Shown one piece after another: positions 40,541 through 50,321 of a stretch of DNA of 64,000 nt. Positions within the stretch are counted from its first letter, which is position 1, and each line of letters starts with the position of its first letter. The notes below the pieces were generated by a model that made no database searches, was not told the origin of the DNA, and worked only from the letters and a program-made list of their open reading frames with translations. A program made the translations under genes and the position numbers. Source of the stretch: an uncultured Clostridia bacterium (lineage in GTDB: Bacteria > Aerophobota > Aerophobia > Aerophobales > AE-B3A); assembly GCA_964543295.1 (NCBI GenBank), contig CAZIXA010000009.1, positions 6,025-70,024 on the forward strand. Reading direction: 5' to 3'.

Positions 40541-41632
40541 TCAATCTCCAAAGCAGGTTCCGAGCGAACGAGCAGTCTTTATCAATGGATGGTCCAAGGG
40601 AACGGTTTTTGTACCTTCGGCTACTATCTGCAAGGAAACACTAGCCATTGTGTTTCCGCTCACTCCGACCATGTACCCAAATTCTTCGTTTTCTATCATA
40701 TCAACTGCCTTGCTCCCTAATTGGGTTGCCAGTACCCTATCAAAGGAAGTGGGAGAGCCTCCTCTTTGAAGATGCCCCATGACCACGGTGCGGGTTTCAA
40801 GTTCTGTTATTTTTTCTATTTGCTCTCCTAGAACAAAACCTACTCCTCCCAGGCGAATTGGATCCGTACTCTCCTTTACTATTCTCTGTATTACGATATC
40901 ACCACCCTTAGGTCTTACTCCTTCAGCAACCACCACTATGCTAAACCTTCTTCCCTTCTTGTTTCTCTCTTTTACCTTTTTGGCTATAATATTAACATCG
41001 TAGGGGATCTCCGGGATAAGAATGATGTCTCCTCCTCCTGCTACTCCTGCATGAAGGGCAATCCATCCCGCTTCATGGCCCATAACTTCTACAATCATAA
41101 TCCGGTGATGAGACTGGGCAGTGGTATGGATCCGGTCGATGCCTTCCGTGGCAATCGAGACGGCAGAATCAAAACCAAACGTAATGTCGGTTCCTCTCAA
41201 ATCGTTATCGATTGTCTTTGGCACTCCAACGATAGGGATTCCGTCTTTAAAGAGCCTGTAAGCTATGCCCAGGGTACCATCCCCCCCTATAGATACAAGG
41301 CAGGCGACCCCTAGTTTCTTCAGGTTTTCAATAGCAGTTTTCGATAGATCCTTGAATTCTAGCCTCCTGCCCTTTCTTACAGCATACCTGTATGGATTCG
41401 CTGTTTTAGAAGTACCGAGGATTGTACCACCCAAGGTAAGGATTCCTGAAACATCGTCGTAGGTGAGCGGCCGGTATTGATAATTGACAAGCCCATGATA
41501 ACCATCTTCTATACCTATTACCTCCATGTCTTTCTCATAAATGGCCTTCTTGACCACCGCCCGTATGACTGCATTTATGCCGGGGCAGTCACCGCCGCCA
41601 GTGAGAATCGCAATTCTTTTTTTGCTTCTCAT
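40541..41632 (-). CDS. pfkA: 6-phosphofructokinase (group III type)
   Basis: TGGGDCPG, GGDGT, PKTIDND, EVMG, GHLQRGG. Confidence 0.93.
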   Translation of the reverse strand: MRSKKRIAILTGGGDCPGINAVIRAVVKKAIYEKDMEVIGIEDGYHGLVNYQYRPLTYDDVSGILTLGGTILGTSKTANPYRYAVRKGRRLEFKDLSKTAIENLKKLGVACLVSIGGDGTLGIAYRLFKDGIPIVGVPKTIDNDLRGTDITFGFDSAVSIATEGIDRIHTTAQSHHRIMIVEVMGHEAGWIALHAGVAGGGDIILIPEIPYDVNIIAKKVKERNKKGRRFSIVVVAEGVRPKGGDIVIQRIVKESTDPIRLGGVGFVLGEQIEKITELETRTVVMGHLQRGGSPTSFDRVLATQLGSKAVDMIENEEFGYMVGVSGNTMASVSLQIVAEGTKTVPLDHPLIKTARSLGTCFGD

Positions 41633-41891
41633 ACTCTACTTCCTTTCACAACTTGTACTTTTCTTATTCTAACACTGCTTGAAGAATTTTGCAAGTGAGA
41701 CACTTTCAGAGGTTCCTCAAAAATCAACACCGTATTCTTCAAAATGATTGTGTAGTGAAGGATAGAGCTTTTGAATAAGTAGAGCCCTCGTAGCACTTTT
41801 GTTGTCTTCTTAACTCCTCTTTAATTCAGCACCTTGGGAAAAAGATATAAAATTTCGGGGAATCATCAGTTTGAGGAAGTTTGAGGAAGGG

Positions 41892-41920
41892 TTGACAACC
41901 ACTTAATTTTACCTTAATCT
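41892..41920 (+). promoter_or_regulatory. sigma70 promoter upstream of the aldo/keto reductase
   Basis: TTGACA-N17-TAATCT. Confidence 0.65.
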
Positions 41921-42071
41921 TTCCCCGGAGGATGGTATGAGGGAGTTTTTAAATAAGTGGTGAATTCGGTGCATATGCGACATTGTTGCCTATACTCCAA
42001 AATTGGAAGAATATCTGACTGTGTCGAATATCAAAGAGATAGGCAAAATCATTTACCAATAGGGGGTAATA

Positions 42072-43055
42072 ATGAAATACAGAATTTTTGGAAAAATCAA
42101 TTGGAAGGTTAGTGAGGTTGGTTTAGGTACCTGGGCACTTGGTGGGGGTTGGGGACGTGTAAGTAAAAGTGATGCCATAGGGGTTCTGGAAAAAGCTATT
42201 GAAAGAGGCATTGATTTTTTCGATACCGCGGATGTCTATGGGGATGGAAAAAGTGAACAACTAATTGGGCAGGTTCTGAAAAGTACAGATCAAAAAATCT
42301 ATGTTGCTACAAAATTTGGCCGAAGATTAGATCCTCATGTTAGCTCAGGATATACAAAAGATAATCTGGAAAGATTTTTAGATCGCTCTTTGGAGAATCT
42401 CGGTGTCGACACGATTGACTTGATACAGCTACACTGTCCGCCTATAGATTTATATTATAAACCAGAGGTTTTTGAAGCATTGGACAGTTTTGTTGAACAA
42501 GGCAAAATTCAGCATTATGGCGTTAGCGTTGAGAAAGTCGAAGAAGGTCTTAAAGCGATTGAATATCCTGGGGTTGTCAGTGTACAAATAATATTCAATA
42601 TTTTCCGACAGAGACCGTTGGAACTGTTTTTTGAACAATGCAAAAAGAAAAATATTGCGGTTATTGCCAGGGTTCCATTAGCCAGTGGACTTTTGACGGG
42701 AAAAATGAGTCTCGCCACAAAATTTCCTGAAGATGACCACAGAAATTATAATCGGCAAGGGAAATTTTTTGATGTAGGTGAGACGTTTTCTGGAGTAAAT
42801 TTTGAAATTGGCCTCAAAGCAGTTGAGGAATTAAAAAGGGTAAAGCCAGACGATATTAGTTTTGTACAAATGGCATTGAAATGGATATTGATGCACAGTG
42901 AGGTGAGTTGTGTTATTCCAGGAGCAAAGAATACAAAACAGCTTGAGGAGAATATTAGTGCCAGCGAATTAACAGACCTGGATCCAGATGTTTTAAAAGG
43001 TATTAAGATTATTTATGAAAAGTTTATTAAGCCTACAGTACATCATAGATGGTAA
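42072..43055 (+). CDS. aldo/keto reductase
   Basis: GLGTW, DTADVYG, ATKFG, QLHCP, VPLASGLL, IPGAK. Confidence 0.95.
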   Translation: MKYRIFGKINWKVSEVGLGTWALGGGWGRVSKSDAIGVLEKAIERGIDFFDTADVYGDGKSEQLIGQVLKSTDQKIYVATKFGRRLDPHVSSGYTKDNLERFLDRSLENLGVDTIDLIQLHCPPIDLYYKPEVFEALDSFVEQGKIQHYGVSVEKVEEGLKAIEYPGVVSVQIIFNIFRQRPLELFFEQCKKKNIAVIARVPLASGLLTGKMSLATKFPEDDHRNYNRQGKFFDVGETFSGVNFEIGLKAVEELKRVKPDDISFVQMALKWILMHSEVSCVIPGAKNTKQLEENISASELTDLDPDVLKGIKIIYEKFIKPTVHHRW

Positions 43056-43059
43056 AATT

Positions 43060-43230
43060 GACTTCGCCATGAGTCTAACTTCGGGCGAAGTCTGAGTCCC
43101 GTTAAGCAAAATGAAGCGAAGCGACATTTTGCTTAACTAAAGATTACCGAATCTTCAATCATCGTCCTAAGCTGCGCATCTCAAATCGCAATCTTCTTGG
43201 TTTTCATAATATATAATATAAACGTTGTGC
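43060..43230 (+). other. attC-like palindromes including a 37-bp GTTA...TAAC unit
   Basis: GACTTCGCC/GGCGAAGTC stem; GTTAAGCAAAATG/CATTTTGCTTAAC at 43101-43137; GTTGTGC at 43224. Confidence 0.5.
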
Positions 43231-43309
43231 CGAATGGGCGCATGAAATCGTAATAAAAGCTGAAAAATTTGCGCTCACAATAACATTGGTAGAGTGTAGA
43301 TGAAATTTT

Positions 43310-43900
43310 ATGAGAAAATATAAAAAAGACTTTAACGATAAGGATTTTGCTAATTACTACATAAGGAAACATAAGAAGATAATCGAAAGGCTTGGGTATA
43401 ACTATGCAAAAAAGTTAGCATCTCTAGGATTTGAAAAGGGCAAAATTCTTGATGCTGGTTGCGGATTTGGAGGAATGGATATTGTCTTGGTGGAAGAACT
43501 TCCCAAGTGTGAAATAATTGGCATTGATTTATCAGATCCACTTTTGGAATATGCAAGTTCTCGTATATCAAATACTAATATTGAGAATCGATTAAGATTT
43601 AAAAAGGGGGATGTGCAAAGAATTCCCTTCGAAGATAATACGTTTGATGTAGTATTGAGCGTGAACATGGTTCATTGGGTGAATAAACCTATTGTCATGT
43701 TAAATGAAATAGAGCGAGTACTTAAACTCAATGGTTATCTTTTCATAAAAGATCTCAAGTGTTCTTGGCTTGGAATTTTTGAAAGTGAGATAAAGTCAGC
43801 TTTCACTTTAAATGAGGCAAAGAAATTGATTGGCCAATCAAAATTAAGAAAAGGAACTTTCTCGAAGAGTATTTTATGGTGGAATTTTGAGATATGTTAA
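43310..43900 (+). CDS. class I SAM-dependent methyltransferase
   Basis: ILDAGCGFG, GIDLS, GDVQRIPF..FD; AT-rich. Confidence 0.9.
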   Translation: MRKYKKDFNDKDFANYYIRKHKKIIERLGYNYAKKLASLGFEKGKILDAGCGFGGMDIVLVEELPKCEIIGIDLSDPLLEYASSRISNTNIENRLRFKKGDVQRIPFEDNTFDVVLSVNMVHWVNKPIVMLNEIERVLKLNGYLFIKDLKCSWLGIFESEIKSAFTLNEAKKLIGQSKLRKGTFSKSILWWNFEIC

Positions 43901-44103
43901 ATGTTATTTAATGCATATTCCTAGTTGTGCCTACTACGCGCAACAGCGGACAAAAGGCTTCACTATGCTTCGTCTAAATTACCTTCGATAATTTCTTTTA
44001 TCCATAAAATGTTGACCTTACAACCCAAGCACCCCACAGCCAATAGGATGGAGTAGAGTAGGAATCTCCACCAGAGCCCTCCGTAAGTGTTCAAAATTTG
44101 GAA

Positions 44104-44187
44104 TCAACCTCGGGCAAGATCCACTTCTACTTCCACCGGGTAGGCATCTATTCCTTGAACCCCACTAGAATAAACCTTGGCTAGCAT
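44104..44187 (-). pseudogene. comM: comM/yifB 5' stub
   Basis: MLAKVYSSGVQGIDAYPVEVEVDLARG then stop. Confidence 0.75.
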
Positions 44188-44314
44188 CCTTTTTTACCCT
44201 GCTATAATCTAGTGTAGTTTAGGAGTGATGTCAAGAAAAAAGAGTCCACTCGATTTAATGGTGGGAAGTAGTAAGAAGAATGAGTAAGAAAGTTCACATA
44301 TGCCAACTCAGTAA

Positions 44315-44378
44315 GAGATAATGCGAAGTTCGTATATATCCTTTGAAACTTAACAAAAAGCGAAGTTTGTATATAATT
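44315..44378 (+). repeat. about 65-bp intergenic repeat, copy 1
   Basis: AATGCGAAGTTCGTAT...AAGCGAA...TATATAATT, similar to 46203-46267; followed by GTTATCC. Confidence 0.65.
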
Positions 44379-44467
44379 AGTTATCCGTCATGCTGCGATT
44401 TGCGGTCATCCACGGCCAATTTGGGTCCCATGCTCACATCGGGGTGGGATAACTCGGGGGTAATTTT

Positions 44468-45142
44468 ATGTTCAAATCTATAATTTTTGATATGGATGGA
44501 GTCATAATTGACAGTGAACCAATCCATTTTAAAGTTGAAAAGAAACTCTTTAAGAATTTAGGTCTAGCCATTTCTGACGAGGAGCATCATTCTTTTGTCG
44601 GTACTAAGAGTAGAGAAACGTGGTTATACATAAAAGACAAATACAAGCTTAATCGGTCACTTGAAGAATTGGTTGAAATGGAAAGAGTCAGCTACATGGA
44701 TTGTCTATTATCGCAGGAAAATATAAAGCCAATACCTGGAGTGACTGAGTTAATTGAAAAATTGTGTAGAAATAATGTAAAACTTGTTGTAGCGTCATCT
44801 GCTTCAATTGAAAACATTGAAACAGTTCTCAAAATGTTTAACTTGGAAAGATTCTTTGAGACAAAAATTAGTGGTGATGAGGTCAACAATGGAAAACCTG
44901 CTCCAGACATTTTTCTTTATGCTGTTAAAATTATAGGTGCCGAGCCCGAAGAATGTATTGTAATAGAAGATTCAAAGAACGGTGTAGATGCGGCTAAGTC
45001 AGCCGGAATGAAATGTATTGGTTTTGAGAATCCAAATTCTGGAAAGCAAGATTTATCTTCTGCAGACATGGTTATAAATAGTTTTTCAGAAATTAATTAT
45101 CAAAAACTACGGCAGATTTATGAACAGTGGCAAAAAGAATAG
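44468..45142 (+). CDS. HAD-IA phosphatase (beta-phosphoglucomutase-like)
   Basis: FDMDGV, ASS, KPAPD, IEDSKNG. Confidence 0.92.
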   Translation: MFKSIIFDMDGVIIDSEPIHFKVEKKLFKNLGLAISDEEHHSFVGTKSRETWLYIKDKYKLNRSLEELVEMERVSYMDCLLSQENIKPIPGVTELIEKLCRNNVKLVVASSASIENIETVLKMFNLERFFETKISGDEVNNGKPAPDIFLYAVKIIGAEPEECIVIEDSKNGVDAAKSAGMKCIGFENPNSGKQDLSSADMVINSFSEINYQKLRQIYEQWQKE

Positions 45143-45250
45143 AACATCAGTGAACTACTAAAAATGTAGTGATAATTGCCAGGGAAGTTGGGTCTGTGCC
45201 AAAAAATACGAGTATTCTTTGTGTTTTTAGGGGGTAAATAAATCTCCATT

Positions 45251-46126
45251 GTGAAGGTGAAAACAATAGGAATGTTGGCAACTCTGGGAGCAAGCATAGC
45301 GTGGGCTCTTGAGCCCATTTTTGCTAAATTGTCTTATGCAAACGCAGATTTTCTTGAAACTTCCACTGTTAGAGCTATATTTGTTGCATTAATTGCATTA
45401 ACTTACGCCTTTATTACCAATAAGGGAAATCTGAAAGTCAATAAAAAACAATTTTCAATACTCGTTTATATTGCCCTAGCGGGAACACTATTTGCTGATT
45501 TAATCTATTTCTTTGCATTAACTAAAGTTGCGGTAATTAATGCTGTTTTAATAGGACATATGCAACCAATTTTTATCGTTTTTATGGGATTTTTTTGTTT
45601 AAAAGAAGACAGACTAACAAAGTTTGATTATGCAGGAATATTTTTTATGATTATTGCGGGTTTGCTGGTTACGACAAAAACCCTAACAAATTTATCCATG
45701 CTGCGATTGGGGAGTGTTTATGATCTGGTGGTGCTGTCTGCAACGATTGCATGGGCAACCACCGGAATAGTAATGAGAAAATATCTCAAGCAAATGAATG
45801 CGGGTGTTGTTACATTTTACAGATTCTTCATCGCTTCAATTGTCTTTGTGATTTACGTGCTCTCAACCTCCTCAGTGCTTTTTTCTAATATTTATCAAAT
45901 CTTGGTTGGAGTTATAGTGGGGGCAGGATATATCCTCTACTATGAGGGTTTGAAGCGCATTAAAGCTGCTCAATCCTCTGCACTTGAGCTTTCGACACCA
46001 TTTTTTGCTACATTATTGGGTTTTTATATTTTAGGAGAATTAGTCACAGTTATGCAAATTTTTGGTATTCTCTTGCTCTTTGTGGGGATTGGTTTTTTAT
46101 TTGTGAGAGAAGAAGTGCATTCTTAA
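45251..46126 (+). CDS. EamA/DMT family transporter
   Basis: About 10 hydrophobic helices in two repeats; QPIF..LKE and TPFFA..LGE. Confidence 0.88.
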   Translation: MKVKTIGMLATLGASIAWALEPIFAKLSYANADFLETSTVRAIFVALIALTYAFITNKGNLKVNKKQFSILVYIALAGTLFADLIYFFALTKVAVINAVLIGHMQPIFIVFMGFFCLKEDRLTKFDYAGIFFMIIAGLLVTTKTLTNLSMLRLGSVYDLVVLSATIAWATTGIVMRKYLKQMNAGVVTFYRFFIASIVFVIYVLSTSSVLFSNIYQILVGVIVGAGYILYYEGLKRIKAAQSSALELSTPFFATLLGFYILGELVTVMQIFGILLLFVGIGFLFVREEVHS

Positions 46127-46202
46127 AAGGCTCAGCAGTTACAGTCCTTAAGTTATATCAAAAGACTCTGCACTCACCCATCATATTGGTTTGGGGGCCG
46201 CT

Positions 46203-46267
46203 GAGAGGTAATACGAAGTTCGTATGTTCTTCTAAATTTGATTAAGAAGCGAATCTCATATATAATT
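46203..46267 (+). repeat. about 65-bp intergenic repeat, copy 2
   Basis: Similar to 44315-44378; followed by GTTATAC at 46294. Confidence 0.65.
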
Positions 46268-46350
46268 GAAATAAGCGGAAATTCGCTGCGTCGGTTATAC
46301 GAAATTGACAGTAAAGATTTATAAGCAATTGACATTGATGAGAACAAACT

Positions 46351-48222
46351 ATGCCGAGTAATCAAGATAAGAGGTTAATCCGTCAACTGGGCGGTATTGC
46401 TGTATTTTGCATTGCCGCTGGTGCAATGATCAGTTCTGGTTTGTTTATTCTTCCCGGACTGGTTTATGCTAAAGTTGGACCGGCGGTGATCTTAGTCTAC
46501 ATTCTAGCGGGTATATTATACTTACCTACATTGTTTGCCAAAGCTGAGCTGGCCACGGCTATACCCAGAGCTGGCGGCGATTACTTCTTTATTGAGCGAA
46601 GTATGGGCTCAGCAGCGGGTACAATAGGCGGGTTTGCCAGTTGGTTCTCGCTTAGCCTTAAAAGTGCATTTGCATTAGTTGGCATTGGTGCATTTACAAT
46701 ATTGATCAATCCAAATATTACCGAATGGCAGATTAAACTCATTGCTATCGGGTTCTGTATATTTTTTACGATTCTCAACTTGATAAGTGTCAAACTCACA
46801 GGGAAATTTCAGATTTTTCTGGTAATTCTACTTTTCATTTTATTATTCCTCTATATCTTTCGTGGGTCGATGTCGCTCAATGTTCATAGGTATACACCGT
46901 TTATGCCCTTTGATAAGCGCGCACTACTTGCAGCAGTGGGTATGGTCTTTATATCATTTGCTGGACTCACAAAAGTTGCCAGCATCGCCGAAGAAATCAG
47001 GAATCCTGTAAAGAATATCCCCTACGGAATGATCCTGGCATTTTGCACGGTACTGCTCCTTTATGGGTTAACCGTTTTTGTGACTGTGGGTTTGCTCGAT
47101 GGACACCAATTGGCACATTCACTCACCCCCATATCAACCGGTGGATATAAAATCTTTGGCACAGTTGGTAGCATAATTATGGCATTCGCAGGAATACTTG
47201 CTTTTGTTTCCACGGCTAACGCTGGCATATTGGCTGCGTCACGCTACCCTATGGCAATGAGTCGTGACCAACTCTTACCGGAATTTTTTGCAAAGGTGAA
47301 TAAGCGATTCAATACGCCTCATTTCACTATAATATTTACCGGTATTTTTATGGTAACAGTCATACTCTTCCTGAACCTTGAAAATCTTGTAAAAGTGGCC
47401 TCCACCATGATAATCATATTGTTTATTCTTGTGATGCTGGGATCCATTATTATGCGCGAGTCGAGGATTCTGAATTATAAGCCAACATTCGTTTCGCCCT
47501 TATATCCGTGGTTACCGATCTTTGGACTCATCGGTTACGGTGTTCTCTTATCTCAGATGGGTATTGTAGCGCTTTTGGCAACGGGGGGATTCGTCCTTGT
47601 CAGCATTATATGGCATAAGATTTATGTTCGCGAGATAGCTATGCGCAAGTCTGCCTTGATACATATTGTTGAGCGTGTTACTGCCAAAGAGATAGCCGGT
47701 GATTCACTAGGCACTGAACTGCGTGAAATTTTAAAAGAGCGTGACAAAATAGTTGAGGATAGATTTGACAAATTAGTGAAAAGATGTGAAGTAATTGATA
47801 TAGGTAAACAAATTGCACTTATAGAATTTTCAACAATTGTGGCCAAGAAAATCGCTGAGCGATTAAAGATTGATCCCAAGCAATTGCTTGACTCTCTTAT
47901 TTCGCGTGAGAAGGAGTCAACAACAGAAGTACGACCCGGGCTGGCCATTCCCCATATAACTGTTGATGGTGAGCACAAATTCGAGTTGGTTATAGCGAGA
48001 TGCGAGGCCGGTATTAATTTCACTCAAGACTTGCCACCCGTCTATGCTGCCTTCGTATTAGTCGGCTCGCGTGACGAAAGGAACTTCCATTTGCGTGCAC
48101 TATCAGCGATCGCACAAATTGCACAAGATCCAGATTTTGACAAGAACTGGCTACGCGCTAAAAACATTGAGGAGTTGCGTGATATAATACTTCTGGCAAG
48201 AAGGCATCGTGAAGGGGCCTAA
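46351..48222 (+). CDS. APC amino-acid permease fused to a PTS EIIA-like domain
   Basis: GAMISSGLF, AELATAIPRAGG, AEEIRNP; C-terminal REKESTT..GLAIPH. Confidence 0.88.
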   Translation: MPSNQDKRLIRQLGGIAVFCIAAGAMISSGLFILPGLVYAKVGPAVILVYILAGILYLPTLFAKAELATAIPRAGGDYFFIERSMGSAAGTIGGFASWFSLSLKSAFALVGIGAFTILINPNITEWQIKLIAIGFCIFFTILNLISVKLTGKFQIFLVILLFILLFLYIFRGSMSLNVHRYTPFMPFDKRALLAAVGMVFISFAGLTKVASIAEEIRNPVKNIPYGMILAFCTVLLLYGLTVFVTVGLLDGHQLAHSLTPISTGGYKIFGTVGSIIMAFAGILAFVSTANAGILAASRYPMAMSRDQLLPEFFAKVNKRFNTPHFTIIFTGIFMVTVILFLNLENLVKVASTMIIILFILVMLGSIIMRESRILNYKPTFVSPLYPWLPIFGLIGYGVLLSQMGIVALLATGGFVLVSIIWHKIYVREIAMRKSALIHIVERVTAKEIAGDSLGTELREILKERDKIVEDRFDKLVKRCEVIDIGKQIALIEFSTIVAKKIAERLKIDPKQLLDSLISREKESTTEVRPGLAIPHITVDGEHKFELVIARCEAGINFTQDLPPVYAAFVLVGSRDERNFHLRALSAIAQIAQDPDFDKNWLRAKNIEELRDIILLARRHREGA

Positions 48223-48296
48223 AAATTCAAACAAAAATTTGAGAATGGTTAAGAAATTGTTGGAGTTCGAACAGGCGAACCGGTAGTTTTAGCACT

Positions 48297-48350
48297 GAAA
48301 TCTTGATTTCACTGCTTGTCAATCTGTTTTGAGGCTCTAGTGTGGGGATT
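48297..48350 (-). repeat. promoter-like repeat, copy 1 (degenerate)
   Basis: CTTGTCAATCTGTTT..GTGTGGGGATT shared with copy 4. Confidence 0.55.
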
Positions 48351-48444
48351 TGGTTTTTGGTGGAGGTAAGTGCCAAAGCCGAAGCACAAGTTTAACGGTT
48401 GGCGTGGCCGATTGGCGAAGAATTGTTGCAAATGTATATTGTTA

Positions 48445-48717
48445 TTAATCTTTTCCCCAGAACTTATCTGCTTCTTTTTCCATCTTCTCAAGCCTATCGT
48501 AATAATCCGGGAATTCATTTAGATGTGCCAAAGCGATTTTGCCAGTCACCAAAGATTCATCGTTAGTTACATTTGTAAGTGAATCTCGAGATCCATGTTC
48601 AAGTTCAACATTCATCCCTCTTCTGAATTGGTCCACATTAAATTTATCCCATTTAATACCTAACTTTTCTCCTATTGTTTTTGCTTCCTCTTCACTAAAC
48701 TGTTTCTTAGACTGCAT
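48445..48717 (-). CDS. small conserved protein (DUF5661-like)
   Basis: FRRGMNVELEHG, NVTND, KIALAHLNEFPDYY.RL. Confidence 0.75.
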   Translation of the reverse strand: MQSKKQFSEEEAKTIGEKLGIKWDKFNVDQFRRGMNVELEHGSRDSLTNVTNDESLVTGKIALAHLNEFPDYYDRLEKMEKEADKFWGKD

Positions 48718-48768
48718 TTTAACAACCTCCTTTGGGACCTAAGATTCCCTAATAGCATCCGGAATGAA

Positions 48769-48805
48769 AGATTAGCCAAATCTCAGCACTTGTCAATCTA
48801 GTTTG
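48769..48805 (-). promoter_or_regulatory. promoter-like repeat, copy 2
   Basis: AGATTGACAAGTGCTGAGATTTGGC-TAATCT on minus. Confidence 0.65.
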
Positions 48806-48889
48806 GCAGGGGTTCACAGAATCATTGTTTCTCAATAATGGCGACCTTAAAAGGTCCACCCGAATCTAGGAGAATCTTGATCTTCCAGT

Positions 48890-49140
48890 CGGTTTCCTTT
48901 CTTAAATCTGGCGGCCTTCAAACCCAGCCGCTCAACCCTTCCACAATCTCATGGCCTGGGATTAAGGGAAGTTTTGGCTGAAGTCTTGCCTCGGTTTCAT
49001 CGATTTCGGTATAACAGACTCCACTGGTCAGAACCCTTTACCAGCATTTCTTTTGAATTTGGGTGAGGAACCAGCAAATCAGCCATCTCTAAAGGTTTCT
49101 TTTCTACCAAGGAGATTCTCTTCAGTATCATCGCCTTCAT
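48890..49140 (-). pseudogene. Zn-dependent alcohol dehydrogenase 5' remnant
   Basis: MKAMILKRIS..KPLEMADL.VP.P, then GVCYTE and PLIPGHEIV across frameshifts. Confidence 0.75.
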
Positions 49141-49206
49141 TTTGAGTCTCATCCTTGGTCTAGATTATTTTTGATTCGCTCTTTTCACCTAATATCTAGT
49201 GAACAA

Positions 49207-49848
49207 TCACATCGTTCTCTTTATCTTGTTAGCATATCTATGGGCCAAATACAAAGGCTCCGGGAGCCTATGTTCCCTAAAGCAACTTTTAACAATCATG
49301 AGACTAGATTTCAAAGAGACTTTGTACCCGGGCGAAACATAGATTGCCTTAGCTCCCTTTCTTGCCTTTAAATCGTAGCCTCGCTTCTCCCCATTGATAT
49401 ATATTGCTTTATCAATTATTTTTCCCTCTAATAGATTCTTTGCCACTCCAATAGCCGGTTGATTTAACATTAAACCAACATAAGAAGCCAGGCCAAACTT
49501 TCTCATATGGGCTATTCCGTGACCCTCTACAAGTAAAACATCTGGTTTTGTTTTTAGCATTTTGAAAACCTCAATAATAGCTGGACCTTCCCTAAAACAG
49601 AGTAATCCTGGAACATATTCAAGTTGAGCCTCAACAATGACATATTCTCTTTCCATTATTTCCATCCTCTTCCTATCACAAACAACAGCGGCGGAGATTA
49701 TCTTATTATCAAAAAAAGCCTGATCAACTCCGCCTATCACACTAGTTTCATAGAATTCGTCTTTGATGATAATTCGGGGGGCCAGTTTAATCTGCTCTTT
49801 TTTGAGTTCCTCAATTCCTTCTTTGAGAAAAGATCCGACCAGAAACAT
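49207..49848 (-). CDS. nfi: endonuclease V
   Basis: GVD, YVPGLLCFREG, GIAH, IGVAK, YVSPG, LPEPL..AH; start reset to ATG at 49848. Confidence 0.9.
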   Translation of the reverse strand: MFLVGSFLKEGIEELKKEQIKLAPRIIIKDEFYETSVIGGVDQAFFDNKIISAAVVCDRKRMEIMEREYVIVEAQLEYVPGLLCFREGPAIIEVFKMLKTKPDVLLVEGHGIAHMRKFGLASYVGLMLNQPAIGVAKNLLEGKIIDKAIYINGEKRGYDLKARKGAKAIYVSPGYKVSLKSSLMIVKSCFREHRLPEPLYLAHRYANKIKRTM

Positions 49849-49900
49849 CAATTTTCTTCCTTCTCCTAGGGAGGCTATCCCCTTGTCTATGCACACCACA

Positions 49901-49930
49901 GGCCAAATCTCAGCAGTTGTCAATCTGGCG
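49901..49930 (-). promoter_or_regulatory. promoter-like repeat, copy 3
   Basis: AGATTGACAACTGCTGAGATTTGG on minus; -10 degenerate. Confidence 0.55.
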
Positions 49931-50049
49931 TTGGAGGAGCCTGATACACGATCTGGTCATTCTGGGACTGACTAACATCCCCGTCTCTTCGTCACAGGGT
50001 TTTTCCATACCATGCGTCTGTATCGGTTCTAGGAGTCAGGTCATACGTA

Positions 50050-50201
50050 CGGGAGATCCTTCTTTATTTGGGTCAGCTTCCGGTTAGTTCCGCTTTATTG
50101 ATCTGAAACTCAATATTTGAAAAGCTAGGTTCTCACTTTTCTGTTTGAGCATTATCCACCAAACGCGTAATAGCATAAATAATGGTATCCGTTACTGGCA
50201 T
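50050..50201 (-). pseudogene. broken cassette gene resembling an abortive-infection protein N-terminus
   Basis: MPVTDTIIYAITRLVDNAQTEK*EPSFSNIEFQINKAEL starts just after the attC GTT; family assignment from memory. Confidence 0.45.
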
Positions 50202-50239
50202 TCGTTCCCTTCTTTACCTACTTAGTTTTCTTTATCTGA

Positions 50240-50308
50240 GTATAACGCTTACCGCTCATCAGCCTGTTCGAGTCCCAGCGAGAGCTGGTCTGATGCAGCG
50301 GGTTTTAA
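50240..50308 (-). other. attC site
   Basis: Minus strand: TTAAAAC-CCGCTGCATCAG...CTGATGAGCGG-TAAGC-GTTATAC; paired arms with extrahelical bases, 13 bp after a stop codon. Confidence 0.75.
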
Positions 50309-50321
50309 TCTGTCGAAATTG

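Noticed and set aside
48240-48295. tRNA fragment (GTTCGAA)
   Set aside because: No cloverleaf stems or CCA end can be built
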